64,000 bases of DNA from Pseudomonadota bacterium (GTDB lineage Bacteria; Desulfobacterota; Syntrophia; Syntrophales; UBA8958): contig JASGUC010000003.1 of NCBI GenBank assembly GCA_030057915.1, positions 102,086 through 166,085 of the forward strand, written 5' to 3'. The translations under genes were made by a program, and so were the position numbers. Below the pieces are notes generated by a model that saw nothing but the letters and a program-made list of their open reading frames with translations, was not told the DNA's origin and searched no databases. Position 1 is the stretch's first letter; each line of letters opens with the position of its first letter. This document shows positions 18,501 through 26,361 of this stretch, one piece after another.

Positions 18501-19694
18501 TCAATGCTTGGCCATGAGGTGGAGGACCGCCTTCTCCAGGCCGTCCAGGGTCAGCTCGAACATGGGGAAGACCTGGCGGACGACGCCGATGGTCCAGGTC
18601 TGCTCCCATTCCTCCGGGGGGACGGGGTTGAGCCAGACGGCGTGGCGGAAGGTCCGGGCGAGGAACTTGAGCCGGTCGATGCTCGCCCCCGTGGCCTTCT
18701 GGTCCGCATAGATGGCGCCGTTGCCGTGGATGAGTTCGTAGGGGGCCATGCTGGCGTCGCCGACGATAATGAGGCGCGTCTCCGGATCGCGGCGGATAAA
18801 ATCCTCCACCGGCTCGGGCTTGAAATACCGCTGGGGGTCCGCCCAGACGCGGCTGTAGATCGTGTTGTGGAAAAAGAAGATCTTCAGGTCCTTGAACTGG
18901 GAGCGGGCGTGGTGAAAGAGGGTCCGAACGATATTCACGTAAGGATCCATGGACCAGCCGCCATTGTCGATCATGAGGACGATCTTCAGGCGATCCGTGA
19001 GGCGTCGGTCAAAGACGATCTCGATCTCCCCGGCGTTGCGCATCGTCTGGGCGATGGTCCTGTCGATATTGACGATGTCCCGGGGCCCCGAGGGGGTCAT
19101 GCGCCGGAGGCGTTTCAAGGCCTCCGCCATCTGGCGCTCCGTCAGGGGGCCGTCCTGGGAATAGTCCCGGTAGCGGCGCTCCAGGGCTACCTTGACGGCG
19201 GACTTGTTCCGGGATTGTCCGCCCACGCGCATCCCGCCGGGATGATGCCCCGAATGGCCCACAGGCGATGTCCCCCGGGTGCCGATCCACCGGTTGCCGC
19301 CGTGATGGGCCTCCGTCTGCTCCCTCAGACGGTCGAGAAAATACTTGATCAGCTCCTCGGGGGTCATCCCCTGGAGCTTTTCCCCGTCCACCCCCAGGGC
19401 CCGGGCGATCTCGCCGGGGTCCTTCAGCCATTCGTCGAGGAGGGCCCGGGCGATCTCCGTCAGCTCCGCCGTCGTGGGTTCTTGAAGTTCCAGGCCCCGA
19501 AAATGATTGGCAAATATCCGGTCATAGCCGTCGAAGTGCCGTTCGCTCTTCACGAGGATGGTACGGGCCGTGGTGTAGAAGTCCTCCAGGGAGTGGACCA
19601 TGCCCAGGCTCAGGGCCTTATGGAGCCTGAGGAAGGACGTCGGCGTCACGGGGATTCCCCGGTCGCGAAGGGCATAGAAGAACTCGACGAACAT
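18501..19694 (-). CDS. VWA domain-containing protein (MoxR-associated)
   Basis: 397 aa, 79 nt downstream of a MoxR ATPase gene. The C-terminal VWA-like region has LMIDNGGWSMDP and LIIVGDASM. SD AAGGAAGGG. Confidence 0.75.
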   Translation of the reverse strand: MFVEFFYALRDRGIPVTPTSFLRLHKALSLGMVHSLEDFYTTARTILVKSERHFDGYDRIFANHFRGLELQEPTTAELTEIARALLDEWLKDPGEIARALGVDGEKLQGMTPEELIKYFLDRLREQTEAHHGGNRWIGTRGTSPVGHSGHHPGGMRVGGQSRNKSAVKVALERRYRDYSQDGPLTERQMAEALKRLRRMTPSGPRDIVNIDRTIAQTMRNAGEIEIVFDRRLTDRLKIVLMIDNGGWSMDPYVNIVRTLFHHARSQFKDLKIFFFHNTIYSRVWADPQRYFKPEPVEDFIRRDPETRLIIVGDASMAPYELIHGNGAIYADQKATGASIDRLKFLARTFRHAVWLNPVPPEEWEQTWTIGVVRQVFPMFELTLDGLEKAVLHLMAKH

Positions 19695-19773
19695 GTTTCC
19701 CTTCCTTAAGCGAATATGCCCGGGATGATGCGTGGAAGGTTATGCTTGGGCCTGTTCGAAGACGGCGTTGGCA

Positions 19774-20658
19774 TCACATCTGCCCCCGGCCCAACTGTTG
19801 GACCGCCTGGAACAGATCGGCGCTTTTCTTGAAGAGGATGCCCAGATAGGGGATCCGGCCCTGTTGGAGGAGCTGAGGACGGAAATCGGGATCGCTCTTG
19901 AGGGCCCGAAGCCAGTTGATCAGCTCCCGGGTGGCCGGTTTCTTTTCTATTCCCCGTAGTTCCCGGAGGCGGTAGAAAGTCCTGACGCAGGCCCCGAGGA
20001 GTTCCTCGTCGAGCTTGGGAAAATGGACGTCGAGGATGAGGCGCATCATGTCCGGATCGGGAAAGGCGATATGGTGGAAGTTGCAGCGCCCCAGGAAGGG
20101 GTCGGAGAGGTCCTTCTTGGCGTTGGAGGTGATGACGATCACCGGCCGATGCCGGGCCGTGACGGTCTTGTCGATTTCGATGATGTCGAACTGCATCTGA
20201 TCCAGAACGTCCAGCATGTCGTCCTGGAAGTCCGTGTCGGCCTTGTCGATCTCGTCGATGAGGAGCACGGTGCGGACCTCGGAGACGAAGGCCTGGCCGA
20301 TCTTGCCCATGCGGATATAGGCCTCGATGTCGCTCACGTCCCGTTGGGAGTCGCCGAAGCGGCTGTCGTTGAGACGGGTGAGGGTGTCGTACTGGTAGAG
20401 GGCCTCCACGAGTTTCATGCTCGACTTCACGTTGAGGATGATCAGCGGCATCCCCATGCTCTCGGCGATGGCGTGGGCCAGCATGGTCTTGCCGGTGCCC
20501 GGCTCCCCCTTGAGGAGCAGTGGCATCTCCAGGGCCATGGAAACATTGACTATCTTTGCAAGTTCGTCGTCGAGGACGTATTTGGACGCCCCGCGAAAGG
20601 ACGCGGGCTTGGCTGCTTTGGTCATGGACGGCTGCTCCTTGAAACGATGAAGATTCAT
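19774..20658 (-). CDS. MoxR-like AAA+ ATPase (AAA_5 type)
   Basis: Walker A LLKGEPGTGKT, Walker B VLLIDEIDKADTDFQDDMLDVL, VIVITSNAKKDLSDPFLGRC. SD AAGGAG lies 8 nt upstream. An alternative ATG at 20625 also has an SD. Confidence 0.85.
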   Translation of the reverse strand: MNLHRFKEQPSMTKAAKPASFRGASKYVLDDELAKIVNVSMALEMPLLLKGEPGTGKTMLAHAIAESMGMPLIILNVKSSMKLVEALYQYDTLTRLNDSRFGDSQRDVSDIEAYIRMGKIGQAFVSEVRTVLLIDEIDKADTDFQDDMLDVLDQMQFDIIEIDKTVTARHRPVIVITSNAKKDLSDPFLGRCNFHHIAFPDPDMMRLILDVHFPKLDEELLGACVRTFYRLRELRGIEKKPATRELINWLRALKSDPDFRPQLLQQGRIPYLGILFKKSADLFQAVQQLGRGQM

Positions 20659-20837
20659 TTGCCCCGCTCCTTAGACAATCTTCGTTCAAATTGCCAGATT
20701 TATTTTGTCTGCCGGTCCCCTTCCCCGGCGTGGTCGCCTCCGGATCCTGGCCCCCGCTGGTCTGGGGGGCGCGACCTCGACGCCCCCCCCCTCACCTGGG
20801 ATGGTCCGTCCCTTTCCGGAGGGCTCTTCCACAGACG

Positions 20838-20866
20838 TTGATAATATGGACCGGAGCTGATATAAC
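20838..20866 (+). promoter_or_regulatory. candidate sigma70 promoter with long leader
   Basis: TTGATA (20838-20843), 17 nt, TATAAC (20861-20866), about 240 nt upstream of the ATG at 21106. Confidence 0.3.
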
Positions 20867-21105
20867 CCCGCGCAAACGGTTCTCGGGGCCGCTGTCCCCC
20901 CGAAGGGCATTCGGGAGGACAGCCGTCCAGGACGTCGAGCCTCGTTCCCCGCCCGATCCGGGAGGGCTTATGGAGGCCCCGACGCCGAGCGGACGCCGGC
21001 TTGACCCGCCGAGGATAAGGCGTGTTCCCTTCAACAGGGACCGGGAGCCGGGGATGGCTTCCGGGACGACGGGAATATCCGGGGGCCGGGAAAGGAGGAG
21101 ATTCC

Positions 21106-22686
21106 ATGACCCATCCGCGGCTTGTCGCGGCCATGAGCGATCCGGGATTCTACCCCCACCGCCCGGGGGAGGTGGAACTGGCGCAGACCCACATCTCCTA
21201 TGTCTTCATCGCCGGCGATGAGGTTTACAAGGTGAAGAAGGCCGTGGATTTCGGATTTCTCGATTTTACCACCCTGGAGAAGCGCCGGCATTACTGCCAC
21301 GAGGAGTTGCGCCTGAACCGGCGGCTGGCCCCGGAGACCTATCTGGAGGTGGCGGCGATCCGGGAAGAGGGGCGGGATGGTCGTCTGGTCCTGGGGGCCG
21401 CCGACGACGCCGGGGGGCGGGTGGTGGATTACGCCGTCCGGATGCGCAGACTCCCCACGGAGCGGATGTTGAAGCGCCTCGTCGCCGCCCGGGACTTCGA
21501 CCCGGAGGTTTTCACGCGGATCGCGGACAGGCTTGTCGCCTTCCACCGGCAGGCCGAAACGGGGGGCCGCATCGACGCCCTCGGCTCTCCGGCGACGATC
21601 CGCCGCAATCACGAGGAGAATTTCGCCCAGACGGAGAAATACATCGGGCGGACCATCCCTGACTTTCAGTTCCGGTTCGTCAGCGACTATGTCTTCCGGT
21701 TTATGGAGGATAACGCCGCCCTCCTGGACAGACGGGTCCGGGGGCATCGCATCCGCGACGGTCACGGCGATCTGCACCTGGAGCACATCGTCGTGGACCG
21801 GGAGATCGTGATCTTCGATTGCATCGAATTCAACGAGCGTTTCCGTTACGGCGACGTGGCGGCGGAGGCGGCCTTCCTCGCCATGGACCTGGATTACAAC
21901 GGCCATGAGGGCTTAGCTGATCGTTTTGTGAAGGATTACGCCCGTTTGTCCGGGGACGAGGAACTCCTGGGGCTGATCGATTTCTACAAGTGCTATTACG
22001 CCTATGTCCGGGGCAAGGTGGTGAGCTTTCGGTTGGACGATCCCGCCATCGACGCTGGGGGAAAGGAAGAGGCCCGGCGGCTCGCCGCGCGCTATTTCGA
22101 TCTGGCCTATACCTACGCGGCCCGGCTGGAACAACCGACGCTGATCCTCGTCACCGGGCTGATGGGGACGGGGAAGAGCGTCCTGGCCTCCCTGGCGGGG
22201 CCCCGCCTGGGGGCGATGGTGATCCGCGCCGATGTCCTCCGCAAGGAACTCCTGAACCTGGCGCCCACGGACCGGCATCATGTGGAATTCGGGCAGGGGA
22301 TCTACGGGGAAGGAATCTCGGAGCAGACCTACGCCGCCGCCCATGAACGGGCGGCGGCATTGCTGCGAGCGGGGCGGTCCGTCATCATCGACGCCTCTTA
22401 CAAGCGGGCCCGTTGGCGCGGCGAGGCCCTGGCGCTGGCCCGGCGGCTCGGGGTTTCCTTCCTGCTGGTCGAATGTGTCTGCCCGGATGAGGTGGTGCGG
22501 GAAAGGCTGGAGCGGCGGGCGCGGGACCCGCGGGAGGCCTCGGACGGCCGCTGGGAGATCTACGCCGCCCAGAAAGACGACTATGATCGGGACGACGACC
22601 TGCCGGAAGGCAGCCGGCTTACTGTTGATTCCTCCCTGCCCCCGGAGACATGTCTGCACCGGATACTGGTCCGGCTCCGGAGCTGA
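21106..22686 (+). CDS. bifunctional phosphotransferase (APH/kinase-like fold) / P-loop kinase (AAA_33-like) fusion protein
   Basis: The N-terminal half has kinase-like motifs (YKVKK, HGDLHLEHIV, FDCIEF). The C-terminal half has the P-loop VTGLMGTGKS. ATG at 21106 with SD AAAGGAGGAG. Confidence 0.75.
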   Translation: MTHPRLVAAMSDPGFYPHRPGEVELAQTHISYVFIAGDEVYKVKKAVDFGFLDFTTLEKRRHYCHEELRLNRRLAPETYLEVAAIREEGRDGRLVLGAADDAGGRVVDYAVRMRRLPTERMLKRLVAARDFDPEVFTRIADRLVAFHRQAETGGRIDALGSPATIRRNHEENFAQTEKYIGRTIPDFQFRFVSDYVFRFMEDNAALLDRRVRGHRIRDGHGDLHLEHIVVDREIVIFDCIEFNERFRYGDVAAEAAFLAMDLDYNGHEGLADRFVKDYARLSGDEELLGLIDFYKCYYAYVRGKVVSFRLDDPAIDAGGKEEARRLAARYFDLAYTYAARLEQPTLILVTGLMGTGKSVLASLAGPRLGAMVIRADVLRKELLNLAPTDRHHVEFGQGIYGEGISEQTYAAAHERAAALLRAGRSVIIDASYKRARWRGEALALARRLGVSFLLVECVCPDEVVRERLERRARDPREASDGRWEIYAAQKDDYDRDDDLPEGSRLTVDSSLPPETCLHRILVRLRS

Positions 22687-23419
22687 CTCCCTTGGCCGCC
22701 GCCTTTTTCTCCTCCTGCCGCTTCTTCTCTTCCGCCTTCAGGAGCCGTCTCCGCGTCTCCGCGATGTAGGCCTTTACCTTGTAGTCGAGCCCCAGGTGGG
22801 AATAGGTTTCGGCTGTGGTCTGAAAACGCTTCAGGGCCGCCTCGTATTTCCCCCGCTTGAAGTAGAACTCTCCGATATAGAACTCCCGTTCCGCCAACTG
22901 CTGGCGGCATTCCCGGAGCTTCTGTTCCGCCAGAAAGGCGAACTTGCTGTCCGGGTGGCGGGCTATGACGCGCTCGAACTCCCGTACGGCCTTGGCGGTT
23001 TCGGACTGGTCCCGATCGATGGTGGACATCTGCTTGTAGTGGCACATGCCAAGCTGATAGATGACATAGGGGTTGTTTTCGTTGGTCGGGTGAAGGTTCA
23101 CGAAGTCCGTATAGGCCAGCTCCGCCTCCGCGTATTCCCCGTCGGAGAAATGGGCGTCTCCGATGCCGATCTCCGCCTGCAAGGCCAGGGGATGCAGGGG
23201 GTTCTCCTCCTTGAGGCGGGTGAAGTGCTCCACCGCCCGCTTGTAGCGCCCGTCCTTGTAAGCCGTCACGCCCGCCGAGTAAAGGGCCTCCGGGGTCCCC
23301 TTGGCCATCTGCTTGCGCGACCACAGGTCTTTCCACCAGGCGCAGCCGCCGGCGCCGACGGTCAGGATTAAAACGACGGCCACCAGGACCAGTCGGCGGA
23401 TGCTTGCGTTTTTGCTCAT
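22619..23419 (-). CDS. bamD: outer membrane protein assembly factor BamD (YfiO-like TPR lipoprotein)
   Basis: Lipobox LTVGAGGC, then BamD-like TPR regions (YSAGVTAYKDGRYKRAVEHF, DAHFSDGEYAEAELAY, IYQLGMCHYKQ). The start overlaps the trxA stop (ATGA). Confidence 0.8.
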   Translation of the reverse strand: MSKNASIRRLVLVAVVLILTVGAGGCAWWKDLWSRKQMAKGTPEALYSAGVTAYKDGRYKRAVEHFTRLKEENPLHPLALQAEIGIGDAHFSDGEYAEAELAYTDFVNLHPTNENNPYVIYQLGMCHYKQMSTIDRDQSETAKAVREFERVIARHPDSKFAFLAEQKLRECRQQLAEREFYIGEFYFKRGKYEAALKRFQTTAETYSHLGLDYKVKAYIAETRRRLLKAEEKKRQEEKKAAAKGVSSGAGPVSGADMSPGAGRNQQ

Positions 23420-23742
23420 AGGCCTTTCTTTGCAAAGGCCTCGAGCTTGTCCTTGGGAACGAGGCCGATGAGGGTGTCCAGCAACTTACCGTCCTTGAAC
23501 AGCATCAGGGTCGGGATGCTCCGGACGCCGTATTTCTCCGCCGTGCGGGGATTTTCGTCGATGTTCAGCTTGGCCACCTTTACCCGGCCCGCGTATTCGA
23601 CGGCCAGATCCGCCACCATGGGACCCAGGGCCCGGCACGGCCCGCACCAGGGGGCCCAGAAATCCACGATGGCGGGGATATCGGAGTTGACGACCTCCTG
23701 ATCGAAATCGCCGTCGCTTACCTGTTTGACCTCTTCTGACAT
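23416..23742 (-). CDS. trxA: thioredoxin
   Basis: 108 aa with the canonical DFWAPWCGPCR active site and PTLMLFKDG. Confidence 0.92.
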   Translation of the reverse strand: MSEEVKQVSDGDFDQEVVNSDIPAIVDFWAPWCGPCRALGPMVADLAVEYAGRVKVAKLNIDENPRTAEKYGVRSIPTLMLFKDGKLLDTLIGLVPKDKLEAFAKKGL

Positions 23743-23947
23743 GAAGTTTTCTCCTTTCGACGCGTTACTGTATCGAGGCCCTCAAGTTATGACACATCCC
23801 CGGATATGTCAAATCGAAAATTCCGCCTTCCTCGCGCCGTCAGACGCCACGTTCAGGGTGGGAGGTCTCCGGCCCTACGCCCGCCGGCAGGGCGGCGGAA
23901 GCGGGCGGCGGAAGCGTAGGGACGGAAGCGGGGGAGGAGGAAGAAGC

Positions 23948-24082
23948 GAGACCTTTGCAAAAGCCCGTTTTGTGTCCTCCCCATGGCCCCTCCCGGGAAG
24001 CTGGGAAGCCAGTGTCTTCGCCTATTTTCTGGATGCCGGGTCAAGCCCGACAGGGCATGGGCGGCGGTTTTTCAAAGGTCTC
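23948..24082. repeat. MITE-like element, subfamily A (archetype copy)
   Basis: GAGACCTTTGCAAAA...TTTTTCAAAGGTCTC, 135 bp, flanked by identical GAAGC at 23943-23947 and 24083-24087. Confidence 0.8.
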
Positions 24083-24135
24083 GAAGCGGCGACAGGGCCC
24101 GCCCGAAGCGTGGGAAGCATTCGTGTTTACGTGTT

Positions 24136-24164
24136 TTGACTACCGGCGATTAATCTGTTATAGA
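24136..24164 (+). promoter_or_regulatory. candidate sigma70 promoter
   Basis: TTGACT (24136-24141), 17 nt, TATAGA (24159-24164), about 30 nt upstream of the MTAP-like gene. Confidence 0.35.
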
Positions 24165-24192
24165 TCGGACCGCTTGTCCATTCACTGCGAGG

Positions 24193-24915
24193 TTGGCCGC
24201 CATGGAACGACTGGGAATCATCTCCGGCACCATCGCCCTCCGGGAGAAGGGGATCCTCGTCGATCCCGAGGAGAGATGGATCGACACGGCATGGGGACGG
24301 GCCTTTGTCCTTGTCGCCCAGGATATCGCCTTCCTTCCTCGCCACGGGGGCGACCCCCGGCGCTATATCCCGCCCCATCACATCGACCATCCCGCGAACT
24401 TCGCCGCCTTGAAAAGTCTGGGGGTCCGGGAGGTGATCGGGATCAATTCCACGGGTTCCCTCAAGGAGGCCTTGCCGCCGGGAACCCTGGCGGTTCCCGA
24501 CGACTTCATCATGCTCCATCCCGGGCCCTCGGCACTCTCCACGTCCGCCGCCCACATCACGCCGGGCCTGTGCGAGGAAGTGCGGGGGAAATGGCTGGCC
24601 GCCGCCGCCGCTTGCGGGGTTACCGCCGTCGATGGGGGGGTTTACTGGCAAACCGCGGGACCGCGTTTTGAAACGAAGGCGGAGATCAGGCTCATGTCCC
24701 AGGCTGCCGATCTGGTCGGCATGACCATGGCCGCCGAGGCCATCGTCGCCCGGGAGTTGGAAATGGACTATGCCTCTTTGTGTTCCGTGGACAATTATGC
24801 CCACGGGCTGGGGGATTCGGAACTCACGATGGAGCAGGTCCTTCGGCGCGCCCGGAGGAATGCCGAAACCATTGCAGAAATCGTAAAATTCTATGTGGAG
24901 GGGAGGAGAAGATGA
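24193..24915 (+). CDS. S-methyl-5'-thioadenosine/purine nucleoside phosphorylase family protein (MTAP-like)
   Basis: 240 aa with LGIISGT, FLPRHG, INSTGSL and ETKAEIR...GADLVGMT, which are typical PNP/MTAP family motifs. Confidence 0.8.
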   Translation: MAAMERLGIISGTIALREKGILVDPEERWIDTAWGRAFVLVAQDIAFLPRHGGDPRRYIPPHHIDHPANFAALKSLGVREVIGINSTGSLKEALPPGTLAVPDDFIMLHPGPSALSTSAAHITPGLCEEVRGKWLAAAAACGVTAVDGGVYWQTAGPRFETKAEIRLMSQAADLVGMTMAAEAIVARELEMDYASLCSVDNYAHGLGDSELTMEQVLRRARRNAETIAEIVKFYVEGRRR

Positions 24916-25433
24916 AGTTTTCGAAAAAGGGGGATGGCGGGGAGACGAGTCTCCTGGGCGGACAGCGGGTGCCGAAATACGATCCCCGGCCGGAGGCTTA
25001 CGGCGTCCTGGACGAGGCAAGCTCGGCCCTCGGGGTGGCCAGGGCCATGACGGACGATCGGCGGATCGGGGAGATCATCCTCGGCGTGCAGAAAGACCTG
25101 CTGACCATGGGGGCGGAGCTGTCCAGCCTGCCCGAGGATGTCCCCAAGCTCGGGGTCCGCATCGGCGCCGCCGACGCCCGGCGTCTCGAGGACCTTATCG
25201 ACGAACTCCAGCAGGTGGTGAAGCTGAAGAAGGAATTCATCTACCCCGGGGAAAAGGCGGTGGCCGCCCAGATCGACGTCGGCCGGACGATCGTGCGCCG
25301 GTCGGAACGTAAGGTGGCCCTCCTCAAACGGGAGGGCCTGGTGGACAACCCCCATATCCACGAGTATCTGAACCGCCTGGCCGACATGCTCTTCGTGCTG
25401 GCCCGGTACGACGAACAGCGGGGAGGGGTTTAA
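24912..25433 (+). CDS. PduO-type ATP:cob(I)alamin adenosyltransferase
   Basis: MKFSKKGDGGETSLLGG...KYDPRPEAYGVLDE and YLNRLADMLFVLAR are hallmark PduO-type ATR motifs. The start overlaps the upstream stop (ATGA). Confidence 0.85.
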   Translation: MKFSKKGDGGETSLLGGQRVPKYDPRPEAYGVLDEASSALGVARAMTDDRRIGEIILGVQKDLLTMGAELSSLPEDVPKLGVRIGAADARRLEDLIDELQQVVKLKKEFIYPGEKAVAAQIDVGRTIVRRSERKVALLKREGLVDNPHIHEYLNRLADMLFVLARYDEQRGGV

Positions 25434-25864
25434 AAGGCCCCCAACTGGCAGGCTTTGATCTTGACCCGCAGCGCCTCGCAGGCCGCCGCCACCTTCTTGC
25501 GCCCGATTTTCATCCGGGCGGCGATGTCCCAGGCGGCCTTGCAGGAGAGGCCTCCGTTTGCCAGGGCCTCCCGGATCGCCGCCTCTAGCCCCGGGGCCAC
25601 GGCGCCGGCGGGCGTCACGGCCTTGCTTGCCGGCTCGTAGCCGAAGAGCCCCAACTGGCATTTGCCGATTCGCACCTCCATCAGGTCCAGCGCCACCCCG
25701 ATTTCACCGAGGTCCGCCTGCTGTAGGGCGGCGATACGCTCCGCCTGGGCGCAGCTCAACTCGTTGTTCCGCTTGCGGTTCCGGACGGCCTCCGTAATGG
25801 CCGGCGCCACCTGGCGGTCCGGGGGATGTTTCAACCGGAAGGCGCCGGTTTCTTTTCTCGTCAT
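25430..25864 (-). CDS. hypothetical small protein with tandem-duplicated LSC...CQLGxF module (4 Cys)
   Basis: 144 aa with a strong SD (AAGGAGG, 9 nt spacing). It is the last gene of the paaK-ACT operon. It carries two units of about 45 aa: ELSCAQAERIA...VRIGKCQLGLF and GLSCKAAWDIA...VKIKACQLGAF. Confidence 0.6.
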   Translation of the reverse strand: MTRKETGAFRLKHPPDRQVAPAITEAVRNRKRNNELSCAQAERIAALQQADLGEIGVALDLMEVRIGKCQLGLFGYEPASKAVTPAGAVAPGLEAAIREALANGGLSCKAAWDIAARMKIGRKKVAAACEALRVKIKACQLGAF

Positions 25865-25890
25865 CTTGGCATTCCTCCTTATCAGTCTTA

Positions 25891-26346
25891 TCAGTATTGC
25901 ATGTAATGGAAAGGTTCCACCGCCGCCAACGCCTCGGCGTCCAGGGTCTTGAAACCCTTCTTTTCGATGATCTTGACGGCCCGCTCCGGGTCGTCCACAT
26001 CCACTACAAAGACGGCGCTGACCCTGTTTTCCAGGACGAAGCCGTAGGCGTTGTTGACGTTGATGCCCTCCCTGGCCATGAGCTGGGCCAGCTTGTCCAG
26101 GCCGCCGGGACGATCGTCCAGGAGGACGGCGAGAACCGGACGGATCTTGACGAGCATCCCCGCCTTGGTCAAGGCGGCCAGGGCCTTCTCCGGGTCGTCC
26201 ACGATGAGATGGATCACCCCGAAGGTGTCGGAGGTGGAAATGGCCGTCGCCCGGATGTTGATCTTTCTCTTGGCAAGGATTTCCGTCACGGCGGCGAGCT
26301 TGCCCGGCTTATTCTCCGCGAAGATGGATAACTGACTGGCGATCAT
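25891..26346 (-). CDS. ACT domain-containing protein
   Basis: 151 aa with two ACT-like units (LSIFAENKPGKLAAVTEILAKRKINI, LAVLLDDRPGGLDKLAQLMAREGINV). This is the typical partner downstream of paaK-type ligases. Confidence 0.8.
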   Translation of the reverse strand: MIASQLSIFAENKPGKLAAVTEILAKRKINIRATAISTSDTFGVIHLIVDDPEKALAALTKAGMLVKIRPVLAVLLDDRPGGLDKLAQLMAREGINVNNAYGFVLENRVSAVFVVDVDDPERAVKIIEKKGFKTLDAEALAAVEPFHYMQY

Positions 26347-26361
26347 TTTTCTCCTCCCTGG

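Noticed and set aside
18351-19709. 452-aa plus-strand ORF
   Set aside because: It starts inside the MITE copy and runs antisense to the VWA gene, which has a good SD and VWA-like motifs.
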